Source: an uncultured Gemmatimonadales bacterium (GTDB lineage Bacteria; Gemmatimonadota; Gemmatimonadetes; Gemmatimonadales; Gemmatimonadaceae). Taken from it: 64,000 bases of DNA. The stretch's first letter is position 1. Every line of letters starts with the position of its first letter. The translations under genes were made by a program, and so were the position numbers. The stretch lies in contig CAWKMU010000004.1 of NCBI GenBank assembly GCA_963850905.1, positions 128,001-192,000 of the forward strand, written 5' to 3'. The notes under the pieces are model-generated. The model had not been told where the DNA came from. It did no database searches and saw nothing but the letters and a program-made list of their open reading frames with translations. Positions 18,524 to 29,024 of this stretch are shown piece by piece.

Positions 18524-21500
18524 CTCCTAGCCAACAGTAACACGATGGTCACCCGAGTTCCGCTGCCCGCCTGGCTTTGGACACTAATGGTGCCGCCCCA
18601 TCCTTCGACGACGCGTCGGCTCACCGCCAACCCCAACCCGCTCCCACTGGTCCGGGTTGAAAAGCGCGGCTCGAATATGCGAGGCAACACGTTCGCCGGA
18701 ATACCTTCGCCGTCGTCCTCGACGAGAATCAGCGCACGCCCCGGACCGTTGCGCGCGGCGGCGCCAGTGCCGGCTGTCGTCACCTCCGACTCGCCGGGGA
18801 TGACTCGCAGGCGGACGCCGACACGCCTCGCGCCGGCCAGGCGCGCATTCTCCAACACGTTCAACAATACTTCGCGCGCTTCGTCGGCCCGTGCGTGCAC
18901 GACGACCGGTTCGCTGACACCGCTCAATTCCCACACGATGCCGGTCGCCGCGTCGAGGCGCTCGAGCTCCACGACATCTCGCACCACCGGAGCCAGGTCG
19001 GTCGGCTCCGCCGGCGCGCGCTCCGTCGAAACGGACCCGTACTGACTGAATGCACGGGCAATCCGGTCCAACCGATCGATCTCCGCCAGGATGCGACCCG
19101 CATTCTGGTTGAGAATGGTGTCAAAGTCGGTCCGACCCGCGGCTCGCGCTCGCTGCAGATGCTGAATGCCGAGACGGATCGGCGTGAGCGGATTCTTGAT
19201 CTCGTGCGCCACCTGTCGGGCCATCTCCCCCCACGCGAGGACGCGTTGACTCTCGCCGAAGTCAGCAGCCATCCGACGAAACGCGCCGAACACTTGCTCA
19301 AACTCCGCCGGCGGATTGCCGGCCAGATCCGGTTCACGTTCGCCGGCAGCGACGGCGACCGCAGCACGCCGCAACGCCTCGATCGGTCGCGCCAGTTGGC
19401 GCGCCGCCAAGCCGCTCAGCCAGAGCGCGGCCGCGGCGCCGAGCACGACGGAAAACAGGACGAGGATGCCGAGATCGGTGCGTCGCGACTCCACCCCGAT
19501 CTCATCGACCCGGGCGGGCGCGGCGAGGATCGTCTGCTCCTCGAAGGCGCGATACCCGAAGAGCACTGGCGTCCCCGCCAACGCCTGCGGGTGGCTGGTC
19601 CGCACCTCCTTGCCCAAGCCGAGATCCAGCTCGACGTCCGGACGCAGGAACCGTCCGAGCGGCGCGACATCCAGGAAGATGCTGTCGCTCGCCGCGCTCA
19701 ACATGCCATCCTGGTACAAGAGGAGCGGCGTGCCCACTCGATCCGCGTCCGACGGCAACTCTTCCATTCCACCCGTGGCCGCCGCGCGCAGCGTCTGCCA
19801 GACGAGTAGTGCGCGCTCCTCGGCGTCGTCCGAGCGCAGGCGCCGATAGGACCAGACAGCGAACAGCACGGCTGGCACGACGAAGAACATGAACAGCACC
19901 ACGATGAGCTGCGTGCGGTAGCTACGGGCCCATCGCTTGCCCTGCATACGGACCCACCGGGTCAGCACGCCATCGCCCGCAGCGCTGACGATCCAGAGGA
20001 CAAGCACTACGAGCAGATCGGCAACAACCAGGAGCAGCGCGCGCTGCGCGAGCGCATCGAAGGGCCGCAGCGGCACCTCCACGTGCAGTCGGACGGCGCC
20101 GAGATTGCTCGGCACGAGCCAGTCCCCGTGCAGGTCGCTGCCAATGCGTCGCCAGCCAATCGCGCCGAACGTGGATCGTCGCATTTCGTCGAGCGGCAGG
20201 GCCGCGGCTCCGCCGGCGCTCGCGCGCGACGGCGGCACGGCGCCACCCTCCGCGGAGTCGGAGCCCGCTCCACCACTCGTATCGGGGGCAACGCTGGTCT
20301 CGCGCCGCGGCGGGACGAGCTCGAGCGGCGAAATCGAGTACTCGTCGGACGTGGGAGCGTCGGCCGCGAGCCCCACGAGCATGGCGAACGCATTCTCGGT
20401 GAAGAGGCGCGAGGGCGGCGCCACGACCGCAGTCGTCACCTGCCCATCCGCCCCCGGAACCGCGAGTACGAGGCGTACGCCCGGGTAACCCATGATCGAC
20501 GTGAGCACGATGGTCGCGTGGCTCCGCGCCGTCTCGACAACCAATGCGATCGCGCCAGAATCACGATCAAAGCGCGCGAGCGCGAGCGAGGCCCACTCGC
20601 CTTGTTCCGGCGACCAGAGACCGAGCCTCACCGGATATGCAGCGGCGGCCAGGTCTGAACGCGCAAACATCTTCAGCAAGTCCGCCCGGCTCGTTGGCGC
20701 GGGCTGCGAGGCGATCTCCCCAGCCAATCGCTCGAGCAGCACCACCTGCATGGGGTCTGGGGTCATGAGGCCGGCGAGGTCGTGCTCCGCCAGCAGGGCG
20801 CGCTTGTCAGCCGTGGTCGACCAGATGATGACCGCGGACGCAAGTGAGGCGACGACGGCCGGCGGCACCACGGCCCACCGCGTGCGACGGGTGAATGCGG
20901 CTGCGAGCGCGGCAGCACACCACAGGAGTTGATAGGGGGCCGGCCAACCCTGGTTCACGCGCCATAAGACCGGCGCCAGCGCTGCCGCCGCGACAGCCAA
21001 AACGATAGGTATGACGGGGGGAAGCCCGCGCAGAGAGCCGATCCCGCCGTGTGCGGCAACGGCCGCTCCCACCAGCAACGCTGTCGTCACCAGCGCCAAG
21101 GCAATCTGCCAGCCCACCCAGAGCAGGAGCGACACCGCCGCCCCTGGCGGCGTGATACCGCCCGCCACCTGGCGGAGAGCGACGAGCGCCCCAATGCTCG
21201 TGACCACCGCCGCAAATAGCGCCAGCCAGCGCGGCCGCACCCGGAAACGCGCACGAGCCACAGCAAGCGCCGCAAGCAAGACGATCACGCCGGTCACGCC
21301 AAGCGCGCCGACGCTCGCAGTGTACGGCCCACCGACCGGCGAAAAGAAATAGGTGGGATCGAACAGCCGGCTCGCGTTGGAGAACGTGTTGAGAGGCACG
21401 ATGGCCAAGGCGACCAGTGGCGTCGCGAGCGCCAGCATGCGGCGCCCCCACATCGTCGCCCGCGGTCGCCACTCCGCGATCACGAACGCGAGCATGGCGA

Positions 21501-22416
21501 CGGCAATCACGAGAGCCCCTCGACTGGTGACTCGTTCCGCCGCACTCACACGCGCCTGGTCACTCGTTGGCGTCACGGCTCGAAGCGTGACGAGCGGGAC
21601 GTCGTCGACGGTCAACGTGGTCCCGGGGTCCGGCCCCAGCAGCTGGCGATCGACCAGCAATGGGATGGAGACAGCGAAGCTGTCGACATCCGTCCGGGCA
21701 GCGACGTCGGCATCGAGCGGATCGGACAGTCGGTCCGCCGGCGGGTCCGCGTGTAAGACAGCCGTTGCGATCGCGCGGTCCTGGCCGCGAGCCACAGTGG
21801 CCTGGAGCACGGTGTAGAACGACGAGCGGATGACCGCGAACGCCGAACCGCTGGAGTCGATGGGCGCGCTGATACGTCCGGCCCACGCGACCGGTGTCCC
21901 GGCGCGGTAGAGAACGATCCCACGGTCGCCGGGCCCGCGGGCCAGGGGCGCTATCCAGCTGAACGCGGCTGCCGGCGACGCGGGCGCGTCCAGCGCCCTG
22001 GTCGCATCGCCTGCGAGACTCCGCGTCAGACGCGTCAACTCGTCGTGCATCACCACCGTCGCCCGCGACGCAATATCGGCTTCGGTGGCTGGCCAGGCGT
22101 GTTCAATCTTCGCGAGTGTCCACTGCCCGGCAGCGGCCAAAACGCAGAAGCCGAGGAGCGCCACCGCAGTGAGCCGCGCGCCGATTCGCCGGCGCCCGAC
22201 CGATTGCGCGACGGTCGCCACTGTGGCGGCACTGCACACCGCGAGGTAAGGTACGGCGGGGTCACGCAGCCACGCGGTGCCTGATAGCAAGGCGATCGCG
22301 GTGCTGGCGGTCCACCAAAACGTAAGAGGGCGGGCTGCTGTCTCGTTCGGCGTGCCGGACGGCGCCACTGGTGCCGTGTGCGCGTCAGCCGGCGGCTCGA
22401 AGCCCGCGACTCTCAT
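18520..22416 (-). CDS. Large multi-pass membrane sensor histidine kinase (HAMP-HisKA-HATPase, NtrY-like C-terminus)
   Basis: WGEMARQVAHEIKNPLTPI, LNVLENAR, DDGEGIP, IFEPRFSTR.SGSGLGL; many TM segments; start uncertain. Confidence 0.9.
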   Translation of the reverse strand: MRVAGFEPPADAHTAPVAPSGTPNETAARPLTFWWTASTAIALLSGTAWLRDPAVPYLAVCSAATVATVAQSVGRRRIGARLTAVALLGFCVLAAAGQWTLAKIEHAWPATEADIASRATVVMHDELTRLTRSLAGDATRALDAPASPAAAFSWIAPLARGPGDRGIVLYRAGTPVAWAGRISAPIDSSGSAFAVIRSSFYTVLQATVARGQDRAIATAVLHADPPADRLSDPLDADVAARTDVDSFAVSIPLLVDRQLLGPDPGTTLTVDDVPLVTLRAVTPTSDQARVSAAERVTSRGALVIAVAMLAFVIAEWRPRATMWGRRMLALATPLVALAIVPLNTFSNASRLFDPTYFFSPVGGPYTASVGALGVTGVIVLLAALAVARARFRVRPRWLALFAAVVTSIGALVALRQVAGGITPPGAAVSLLLWVGWQIALALVTTALLVGAAVAAHGGIGSLRGLPPVIPIVLAVAAAALAPVLWRVNQGWPAPYQLLWCAAALAAAFTRRTRWAVVPPAVVASLASAVIIWSTTADKRALLAEHDLAGLMTPDPMQVVLLERLAGEIASQPAPTSRADLLKMFARSDLAAAAYPVRLGLWSPEQGEWASLALARFDRDSGAIALVVETARSHATIVLTSIMGYPGVRLVLAVPGADGQVTTAVVAPPSRLFTENAFAMLVGLAADAPTSDEYSISPLELVPPRRETSVAPDTSGGAGSDSAEGGAVPPSRASAGGAAALPLDEMRRSTFGAIGWRRIGSDLHGDWLVPSNLGAVRLHVEVPLRPFDALAQRALLLVVADLLVVLVLWIVSAAGDGVLTRWVRMQGKRWARSYRTQLIVVLFMFFVVPAVLFAVWSYRRLRSDDAEERALLVWQTLRAAATGGMEELPSDADRVGTPLLLYQDGMLSAASDSIFLDVAPLGRFLRPDVELDLGLGKEVRTSHPQALAGTPVLFGYRAFEEQTILAAPARVDEIGVESRRTDLGILVLFSVVLGAAAALWLSGLAARQLARPIEALRRAAVAVAAGEREPDLAGNPPAEFEQVFGAFRRMAADFGESQRVLAWGEMARQVAHEIKNPLTPIRLGIQHLQRARAAGRTDFDTILNQNAGRILAEIDRLDRIARAFSQYGSVSTERAPAEPTDLAPVVRDVVELERLDAATGIVWELSGVSEPVVVHARADEAREVLLNVLENARLAGARRVGVRLRVIPGESEVTTAGTGAAARNGPGRALILVEDDGEGIPANVLPRIFEPRFSTRTSGSGLGLAVSRRVVEGWGGTISVQSQAGSGTRVTIVLLLARR

Positions 22417-22429
22417 GCGACGATCAGGA

Positions 22430-23149
22430 ATGGCCACTCCGCAGCGACTGAAGTCTCTCCAACCGGAACGCATCGCCGCAGCGGTCGCCGCCGACCCGCG
22501 GCTGATCGTGCCGGTTGGAACCTGCGACATGCACGCTCCGCACTTGCCGTTGGGCTGCGACACGATGCTCGTCGACCGATTGGCCGACGACCTGTCCGCC
22601 GAATTCGGCATCTTGCGGGCGCCCACCATCGAATACGGCGCGAGCAATGCGGCGACGCATGGATCCGCCGGCCCTGGCTGCGTCCGGAAGAAGACCCTGC
22701 ACCTGCTCCTCAACGATCTGCTGGCGTCGTGGGAACAGGCCGGTGTGCGCGAGTTCGTGCTCCTGACAGCTAACGGCGACGATGCACATCAGGAGGCCCT
22801 CGCAACGGTGATGACCATCGATGCCCGCGTGCGCGTCGTCGACGCGGCACGAGCGGGGGCAGGCGCGCCAGCCACCGGGCTGACTGGGTGGCCCCGCGGC
22901 GGCGAAGCGGAAACATCGCTCATGTTGTATTTGGCTCCGCACCTCGTGGATCTGCGCTTGGCGCAGGATAATACCCCGCAGCCTTCCGTACGGCGACCAA
23001 ATCGCTGGGGGCGCTCACGCGCCCGCACGGGCGAGTTGCCGCCAGAGGGGGTCGATGCGGCGTCCGCGGCGAAGGGGGAGGTGTTGTACCGGAGGCTGCG
23101 GGAACGCATCGCCGAGCAGATTTTCCGGTCCCCGCGCGTGGTGGACTAG
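22430..23149 (+). CDS. Creatininase/MftE-fold protein with degenerate metal-binding motifs
   Basis: PVGTCDMHAPHLPLGCD, APTIEYG, GGEAETSLMLYLAP, ASAAKGE. Confidence 0.8.
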   Translation: MATPQRLKSLQPERIAAAVAADPRLIVPVGTCDMHAPHLPLGCDTMLVDRLADDLSAEFGILRAPTIEYGASNAATHGSAGPGCVRKKTLHLLLNDLLASWEQAGVREFVLLTANGDDAHQEALATVMTIDARVRVVDAARAGAGAPATGLTGWPRGGEAETSLMLYLAPHLVDLRLAQDNTPQPSVRRPNRWGRSRARTGELPPEGVDAASAAKGEVLYRRLRERIAEQIFRSPRVVD

Positions 23150-23167
23150 CACAACCGGACGCGCCGA

Positions 23168-23920
23168 TTGCGCCTCGTGCTCGCAGGTCTGCTGATGGCA
23201 ATCGCAGCACCGGCTCGCCGTCCGGGCACGCTGCGCCCTGGAGTCGGCATGGCCGCGGGACGCTCCACGCCTGCGCAAGCCCCGGTCGACGACGCCGGCA
23301 GCTTTACGATCCTGCAGGCCGGGGTCAAGGTCGGGCGCGAGGTTTTCACCATCCAGCAAACACCTCCGCCGGACGCGGGATATGTCGTCCAGGGCTCAGC
23401 CGTGTACGTGACGCGCCGCCTGGTCCCGGTCCTGCGAACGGATTCCGCGGGAACACCGCTCCGGTACGAACTAAATGAATTCGTAGGTGACCGCCGGCAG
23501 GCGCAGTTGATGCTGAACGTGGCACGCGGGCGAGGCAGCGAGCGTACCCAGACCCGCGGCGGCGAGTCGGCCAAGGAGTTCCGGGTCGGAGTCGGCGCGC
23601 GCCTGCTTGATGATGATGTCTTTGCGCAGTACTACTTCATCGCGCGCGCGATGGTGCACGCGCAGCCGCTCACCCCTGGGCGGGCAATGGTGATGACCCT
23701 CCTGGTCCCTCGGAGGGGAGGTACCGTTGCGGCGCCGGTTTCGATCATCGGCAACGAACATCTCGATATCGGCGGACAGAGCCGTACAGCAGTGCATATG
23801 CGTATTGACCCCCCTGGAGGGGAGCCCCGCGATATCTGGGCAGACACACAAGGCCGTCTGCTGCGAGTCGCCATCCCCGCGCGCGGCCTCCTGGCCGTTC
23901 GCGACGACGTGCCCTCCTGA
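23168..23920 (+). CDS. Hypothetical exported beta-rich protein
   Basis: Signal-like N-terminus; VGREVFTI ... DIWADTQGRLLRVAIP. Confidence 0.7.
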   Translation: MRLVLAGLLMAIAAPARRPGTLRPGVGMAAGRSTPAQAPVDDAGSFTILQAGVKVGREVFTIQQTPPPDAGYVVQGSAVYVTRRLVPVLRTDSAGTPLRYELNEFVGDRRQAQLMLNVARGRGSERTQTRGGESAKEFRVGVGARLLDDDVFAQYYFIARAMVHAQPLTPGRAMVMTLLVPRRGGTVAAPVSIIGNEHLDIGGQSRTAVHMRIDPPGGEPRDIWADTQGRLLRVAIPARGLLAVRDDVPS

Positions 23921-24016
23921 CCCTCCCCGGGGCCGCCTGAAACCGGTGACCGTGCCTTTGCGTAGGGCGGCTCAGCCGGGCGGGGCAACTGGGTCCCGCC
24001 CATCGATGGACTAACA

Positions 24017-25559
24017 ATGATGCGACCGTTCATATTCTTCGCGACACTCTGGGTTGCGGCGACGCCTCTGGCGGCGCAGCAGACCTCCGCCGCGCGCGTC
24101 GGTGCTGCGCCGACCCCCGATAGCACGCGAGCCTCCGCGCCTGACTCGACCGGCCCGGTCCTGACGCTTGGCGACGCTCTGCGTGTAGCGCGCCAGAACA
24201 ACCCGACCTTCCTTCAGAGCGTGGAGGCGCGACAGCTCGCCGGCGCCAATGTACGGATGGCCTACGGGCAGCTCCTGCCCCAACTGAACGCGCAACTCCT
24301 CGGCCTCTATCAGCAGGGCGGACAGCAGGTCACCAGCGGCAGCTTCCTGGGCGCCAGCGCCGACTATATGTACTCGCAATACGGGCTGAACCTCAGCTAC
24401 ACGCTGAACGCGGCGAGTCTCCTCACGCCGGCTTATGCAAAGGCGTCGAGGGATGCCGCGGAAGCCGACGTCGCGGGGCAGGCCGAAACTCTCGAGAGTG
24501 GTGTGGCTCAACAGTACGTGACCGTGCTGGAGGACCAGGCCAAGGCGGCACTCCAGGACACGCTCGTCGCCGATGACCAGGCGCAGCTGGATCTGTCCAA
24601 GGCCAAGGTTGCAGTCGGAAGCGCGACGATCCTCGACCAGCAGCGGGCGGCCGTCACACTGGGACAGCAGCAGGTGCAAGCCCTTCAGGCACACAACCTG
24701 GTCGACATCGACAAACTGCGGCTGTTCCAACAGTTGGGAGTGAACCAGCCGCCCGGCGTTCGCCTTGTGGATGCGTTCGCCGTCACGATGCCGCCGTTCA
24801 CGCTCGACAGCGTGATGAACCTCGCTCGTCGCGCGAACCCGCAGATGAACGCGCTTCGAGCCCGCACCCATGCAGCGGACGTCGGCGTCCATAGGGCCAA
24901 CGGCCTTTACACGCCGCAACTTCAGATCACCACCGGCATCGGCGGCCAGACATACAATTATACGAACGACACTCCGCTCATCGGCGAGTACCAAGCGGCG
25001 CTGGCCCAGCAATACGGGTCCTGTCTGACGCTCGATTCGATCGGCTTGGCTGCCCACCTGCCCTCACGCAATTGCGGATCGTCCACACTCACGCCGGCGC
25101 AGATCGCGGGCATTAAGGCGAGTAACCGCCAGCTGCTCACCGGGTTTCCGTTCGCCTTTCAGAACATTCCGCGGTCGGTGCAAGCGTTCGTCACGCTGCC
25201 GATCTTCGATGGCTTCCAGCGCGAGCAGCATGTCGAGCAAGCGGAAGTAGACCGGGAGAACGCACGGTACAATGAGCGGGCTCGCGACCTCCAATTGACG
25301 GCCGACGTGACGAGCGCGTACCTCACGCTCACGACGTCCGTTCGCACTGTCGACATCCAGGAACAGAACGCCGGCGCCGCGCGCCAGGCGCTCTCGCTGG
25401 CCGAAGAGCGTTACCGCGTAGGGGCAGCCACGTTCCTCGATGTCACCGACGCCCGCGCCGCCTTCGAGCGTGCCGAAAACGATCGCATCTCTGCGGTGTA
25501 CGACTACCACAAGGCGTTCGCCGCGCTTGGAAAGCGCTGTCGGCCGACCCCTCCGATGA
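24017..25559 (+). CDS. TolC-family outer membrane efflux protein (1-nt indel near 25529 artificially fuses it to the next gene)
   Basis: Signal peptide, LTLGDAL..A..NNP, LPIFDGF, ERYRVGAATFLDV; removing one base gives the ending [11 protein letters not shown]. Confidence 0.9.
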
Positions 25560-26946
25560 CCATGTCAACGCCCTCCTCACATTCCCCGGCGGCTCGCACA
25601 CCCGACGCCCGCCCGGACACAGGATCCCGTATGACACCACGCACCAAATGGTCTATCGTCGGAGCCATCGCCGTCGTCGCCCTCGTCGCTGGGGTGGCCG
25701 TTGCCGCCACGCGCGGCCCCAAGAGTGTGGCCGTCCGCATCGAGTCGGTCGGTCGACGGGACCTCGTGGCCTCGGTCACGGCCAGCGGCCAGGTCGAGCC
25801 GCATACCAAGGTCGACATGAGTGCCGACATTTCCGGCCGCATCATCACACTCGCGGTGAAAGAAGGCCAAAACGTGGAGAAGGGTCAGCTGTTGGTGCAG
25901 ATCGACCCGGCGACGTATCAGGCCGCGGTGGAGCGATCGCGCGCTGCCCTCGCCGCCGCCAATGCCCAGGCGCTGCAGGCCGCAGCGAACGCCGACCAGG
26001 CGCAACACAACTACGATCGGTCAGCCGCCATCAAGAAGAGCAATGCCGCTGCTCATCTCGGACGAGCAGCTCGAGCAGCTGCGGACGGCGCTCGACGTCG
26101 CCCAGGCGCCTCGGCCCAGGCGGCGCGCGACCAGGTCGATCAGGCCGCGGCCGCGTTGCGAGACGACGAGAGTTCCCTCAGCAAGACGACCATTCGCGCA
26201 CCTATGGCCGGAAAGGTCACGCGCCTCGCCGTCGAGCAGGGCGAGACGGCGATCCAGGGCACGCTGAACAAGGACGCCGCGACGCTGCTCACAATCAGCG
26301 ACATGAGCGTCCTCGAGACCAAGGTCAAGGTCGACGAGACCGACGTCGCGCATATCCAGGTCGGCGATACCGCCGCCATCCAGCTCGACGCGTTCCCCGA
26401 CACGGTCTTTCGCGGCCGCGTGACGAAGATCGCCAACAGCGCCATGAAGAGCGCCGCCGCCTCGCAAGGGGACAACAACAACAGTGCGACGACCGACCAG
26501 GCCGTCGACTATCAGGTCACCATTCAGCTGCTCAATCCACCGCGTGACACGCGACCCGACTTTCTCGGCCACCGCGAAGATCATCACCGACACGCGGAGC
26601 AACGTGTTGGCGATTCCGATCATTGCGCTCACAGTGCGCGACAACCAGGCGTTGCCACAGCGGGGATACCGCGGGCGTCACCATCGGGCGGACAGCGACG
26701 CCGACGAAACAGGTCGGCAAGCGAGACGTCGAGGGTGTATTCGTCGTCGGCGCGGACAACAAAGTCACCTTCCGGCCGGTGAAGGTCGGCATCGCGGGTG
26801 AGACGTACTTCGAGGTCCTGACCGGCCTCCGGCCGAATGAACGAATCGTTGGCGGCACCTATCAGGCGATTCGCGACCTCAAGGACGGTACCCTCGTGCA
26901 CGAGGCGAAGCCCGAACCGACGGCGGCGGCACAGTTCAAGTCATGA
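25556..26946 (+). CDS. MacA-like periplasmic adaptor (membrane fusion protein), frameshifted in this assembly
   Basis: [59 protein letters not shown] in successive frames. Confidence 0.9.
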
Positions 26947-27773
26947 CCGACCAATCGCTGGTCGCGGACGAGTCGGAAACGATCGCGCTCAGCACCACCG
27001 CTGAGCGCCGAGCGGTCGTCGCGCAGACCGGAGTCGTTCCGGACGAGGACTGGGTCATCGTCGCGCGTGGGCTCCGCCGCGAGTACGACATGGGGGGCGA
27101 GATCGTGCGCGCCCTCCGCGGCGTCGACCTCGCCATCCGGCGGAATGAATACGTCGCGATCATGGGGCCGTCAGGCTCCGGCAAGTCGACGCTCATGAAC
27201 CTGATCGGGTGCCTCGATACCCCGACCGCGGGCGAATACTGGCTGAACGGCGTCCAGGTCAGTCACATGTCCGACAACGAGCTCGCGCGCATCCGAAACC
27301 GGGAGATCGGTTTCGTGTTCCAGACGTTCAATCTGCTGGCGCGCGCGACCGCGCTCCACAACGTCGAGTTGCCGCTCGTCTACGCTGGCGTGCCGGCCGC
27401 GGAGCGTCGCGCGCGCGCCATTGAGGCCCTCGAGTCGGTCCAGCTCGGCGATCGCGTGCTCCACCGGCCCAACGAGCTCTCCGGTGGTCAGCGGCAGCGC
27501 GTTGCGATCGCCCGGGCACTCGTCAATCGCCCCTCCATCCTGCTAGCCGATGAACCGACCGGGAATCTCGATTCGGCAACGTCGGACGAGATCATGCGGG
27601 TGTTCGGCGAGCTCGCGAGCCACGGACAGACCGTGATCATGGTGACCCATGAAGCCGACATTGCGGCGCATGCACGGCGCGTGGTCGTGCTGCGCGACGG
27701 CGGGGTGGCCAGCGATACCCGCCGCGATTCGGTGGCCGCTCGTATCGCGTTCGCCCCTCCAGCCGTCGCCTGA
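26943..27773 (+). CDS. ABC transporter ATP-binding protein (MacB/LolD-like)
   Basis: [42 protein letters not shown]. Confidence 0.96.
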   Translation: MTDQSLVADESETIALSTTAERRAVVAQTGVVPDEDWVIVARGLRREYDMGGEIVRALRGVDLAIRRNEYVAIMGPSGSGKSTLMNLIGCLDTPTAGEYWLNGVQVSHMSDNELARIRNREIGFVFQTFNLLARATALHNVELPLVYAGVPAAERRARAIEALESVQLGDRVLHRPNELSGGQRQRVAIARALVNRPSILLADEPTGNLDSATSDEIMRVFGELASHGQTVIMVTHEADIAAHARRVVVLRDGGVASDTRRDSVAARIAFAPPAVA

Positions 27774-27776
27774 CCA

Positions 27777-29021
27777 ATGTCGTGGCTCGAGGCGTTTCGA
27801 CTCGCGCTGCAACAAATACGCGTGCAGAAGCTCAAGAGCTTCTTCACGCTGCTGGGTGTGACCATCGGCGTCATGTTCCTCATCGCCGTCGTAGCGGTCG
27901 TCGAGGGCATGGGTCAGTACATGGAACACGACCTGATCGGGAAGCTCATGGCGGTGCACAGTTTCGAGCTCCGCAGCTTTCCCGACATCAACATCGGCGA
28001 TGAAGACGAGGGCACGTGGATCGAGTACACCCATCGTCCCCGTATCACCGAAGAGGATCTGCACCCGGTCGTCGATGCGCTCCCACCTGGCACGCGGTGG
28101 TACCTGTTCAGCCAGGACCGGCTCGTGGTCCAGTCATCGTATGCCGCGCCTCGTCGGGTGGATGTCTACGCCGTGACAGGGGATTACTTCAACATCAAGA
28201 GTCTGGGCGTCGTCAGCGGCCGCGTATTCACGGACCAGGAGCTCGAGTCTGGCAGCCTCGTCGCCGTCATTGGGCAGGACATCAAGAGTCACTTTTTCCC
28301 GACGGTCGACCCGATGGGCCACACGATCCGCATGGGTGGAATCCCGTACACGATCGTCGGCATCGCCGAGAAACAGGGCAGCGTCTTTGGCCAGTCGTTG
28401 GATCGATTCGTGATCGCGCCGTATCGGGCGCCGGTCCACCGGCTGCTGAACCGCGAGCGCGGGGTGGTCGATGCGATCGTGGTGCAAGCGGTCAGCGACC
28501 AGGTGATGGCGGACGCCCAGGAGCGAGTCCGACAGGTCATGCGCACGCGCCACCACCTGCGCCCCGCTCAGAAAGACAACTTCTCCGAGCAGACACCGGC
28601 GTCCGCGCTCGCCTTCTGGCAAAAGATCCAGTCGTACCTGGTATTCGCCGCGATCGTGCTGCCTGCGATCGGGCTGGTCGTCGGCGCGATCGTCATCATG
28701 AACATCATGCTCGTGGCGGTCGCGGAACGGACCAGGGAAATCGGGATCCGCAAGTCGCTGGGCGCGCGGCGCAGCGACATCCTGGCGCAGTTCCTCATCG
28801 AGGCCGGGACCCTCAGCACACTCGGCGCGGTCGTCGGCATTGGACTGGGAGTGCTGGTTGCGTTCGTCGTGCGCCATACGACATTCATGCCCGTGTACAT
28901 CGTTCCGTGGTCGATCGGCGTGGCCGTTGCAGTCGGCGCCGGAGTCGGGATCATCTCCGGCGTCTACCCGGCGAGTCGCGCGGCGCGACTCGATCCGATC
29001 ACCGCGCTCCGGCAGGAGTGA
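27777..29021 (+). CDS. MacB/FtsX-type ABC permease
   Basis: IMNIMLVAVAERTREIGIRKSLGA, YPASRAARLDPITALR. Confidence 0.95.
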   Translation: MSWLEAFRLALQQIRVQKLKSFFTLLGVTIGVMFLIAVVAVVEGMGQYMEHDLIGKLMAVHSFELRSFPDINIGDEDEGTWIEYTHRPRITEEDLHPVVDALPPGTRWYLFSQDRLVVQSSYAAPRRVDVYAVTGDYFNIKSLGVVSGRVFTDQELESGSLVAVIGQDIKSHFFPTVDPMGHTIRMGGIPYTIVGIAEKQGSVFGQSLDRFVIAPYRAPVHRLLNRERGVVDAIVVQAVSDQVMADAQERVRQVMRTRHHLRPAQKDNFSEQTPASALAFWQKIQSYLVFAAIVLPAIGLVVGAIVIMNIMLVAVAERTREIGIRKSLGARRSDILAQFLIEAGTLSTLGAVVGIGLGVLVAFVVRHTTFMPVYIVPWSIGVAVAVGAGVGIISGVYPASRAARLDPITALRQE

Positions 29022-29024
29022 TCG

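Noticed and set aside
24017..26782. Apparent 921-aa TolC-adaptor fusion
   Set aside because: Removing one base near 25529 gives a normal TolC ending ([11 protein letters not shown]) with an ATGA overlap to the adaptor; neighbouring indels point to an artefact.
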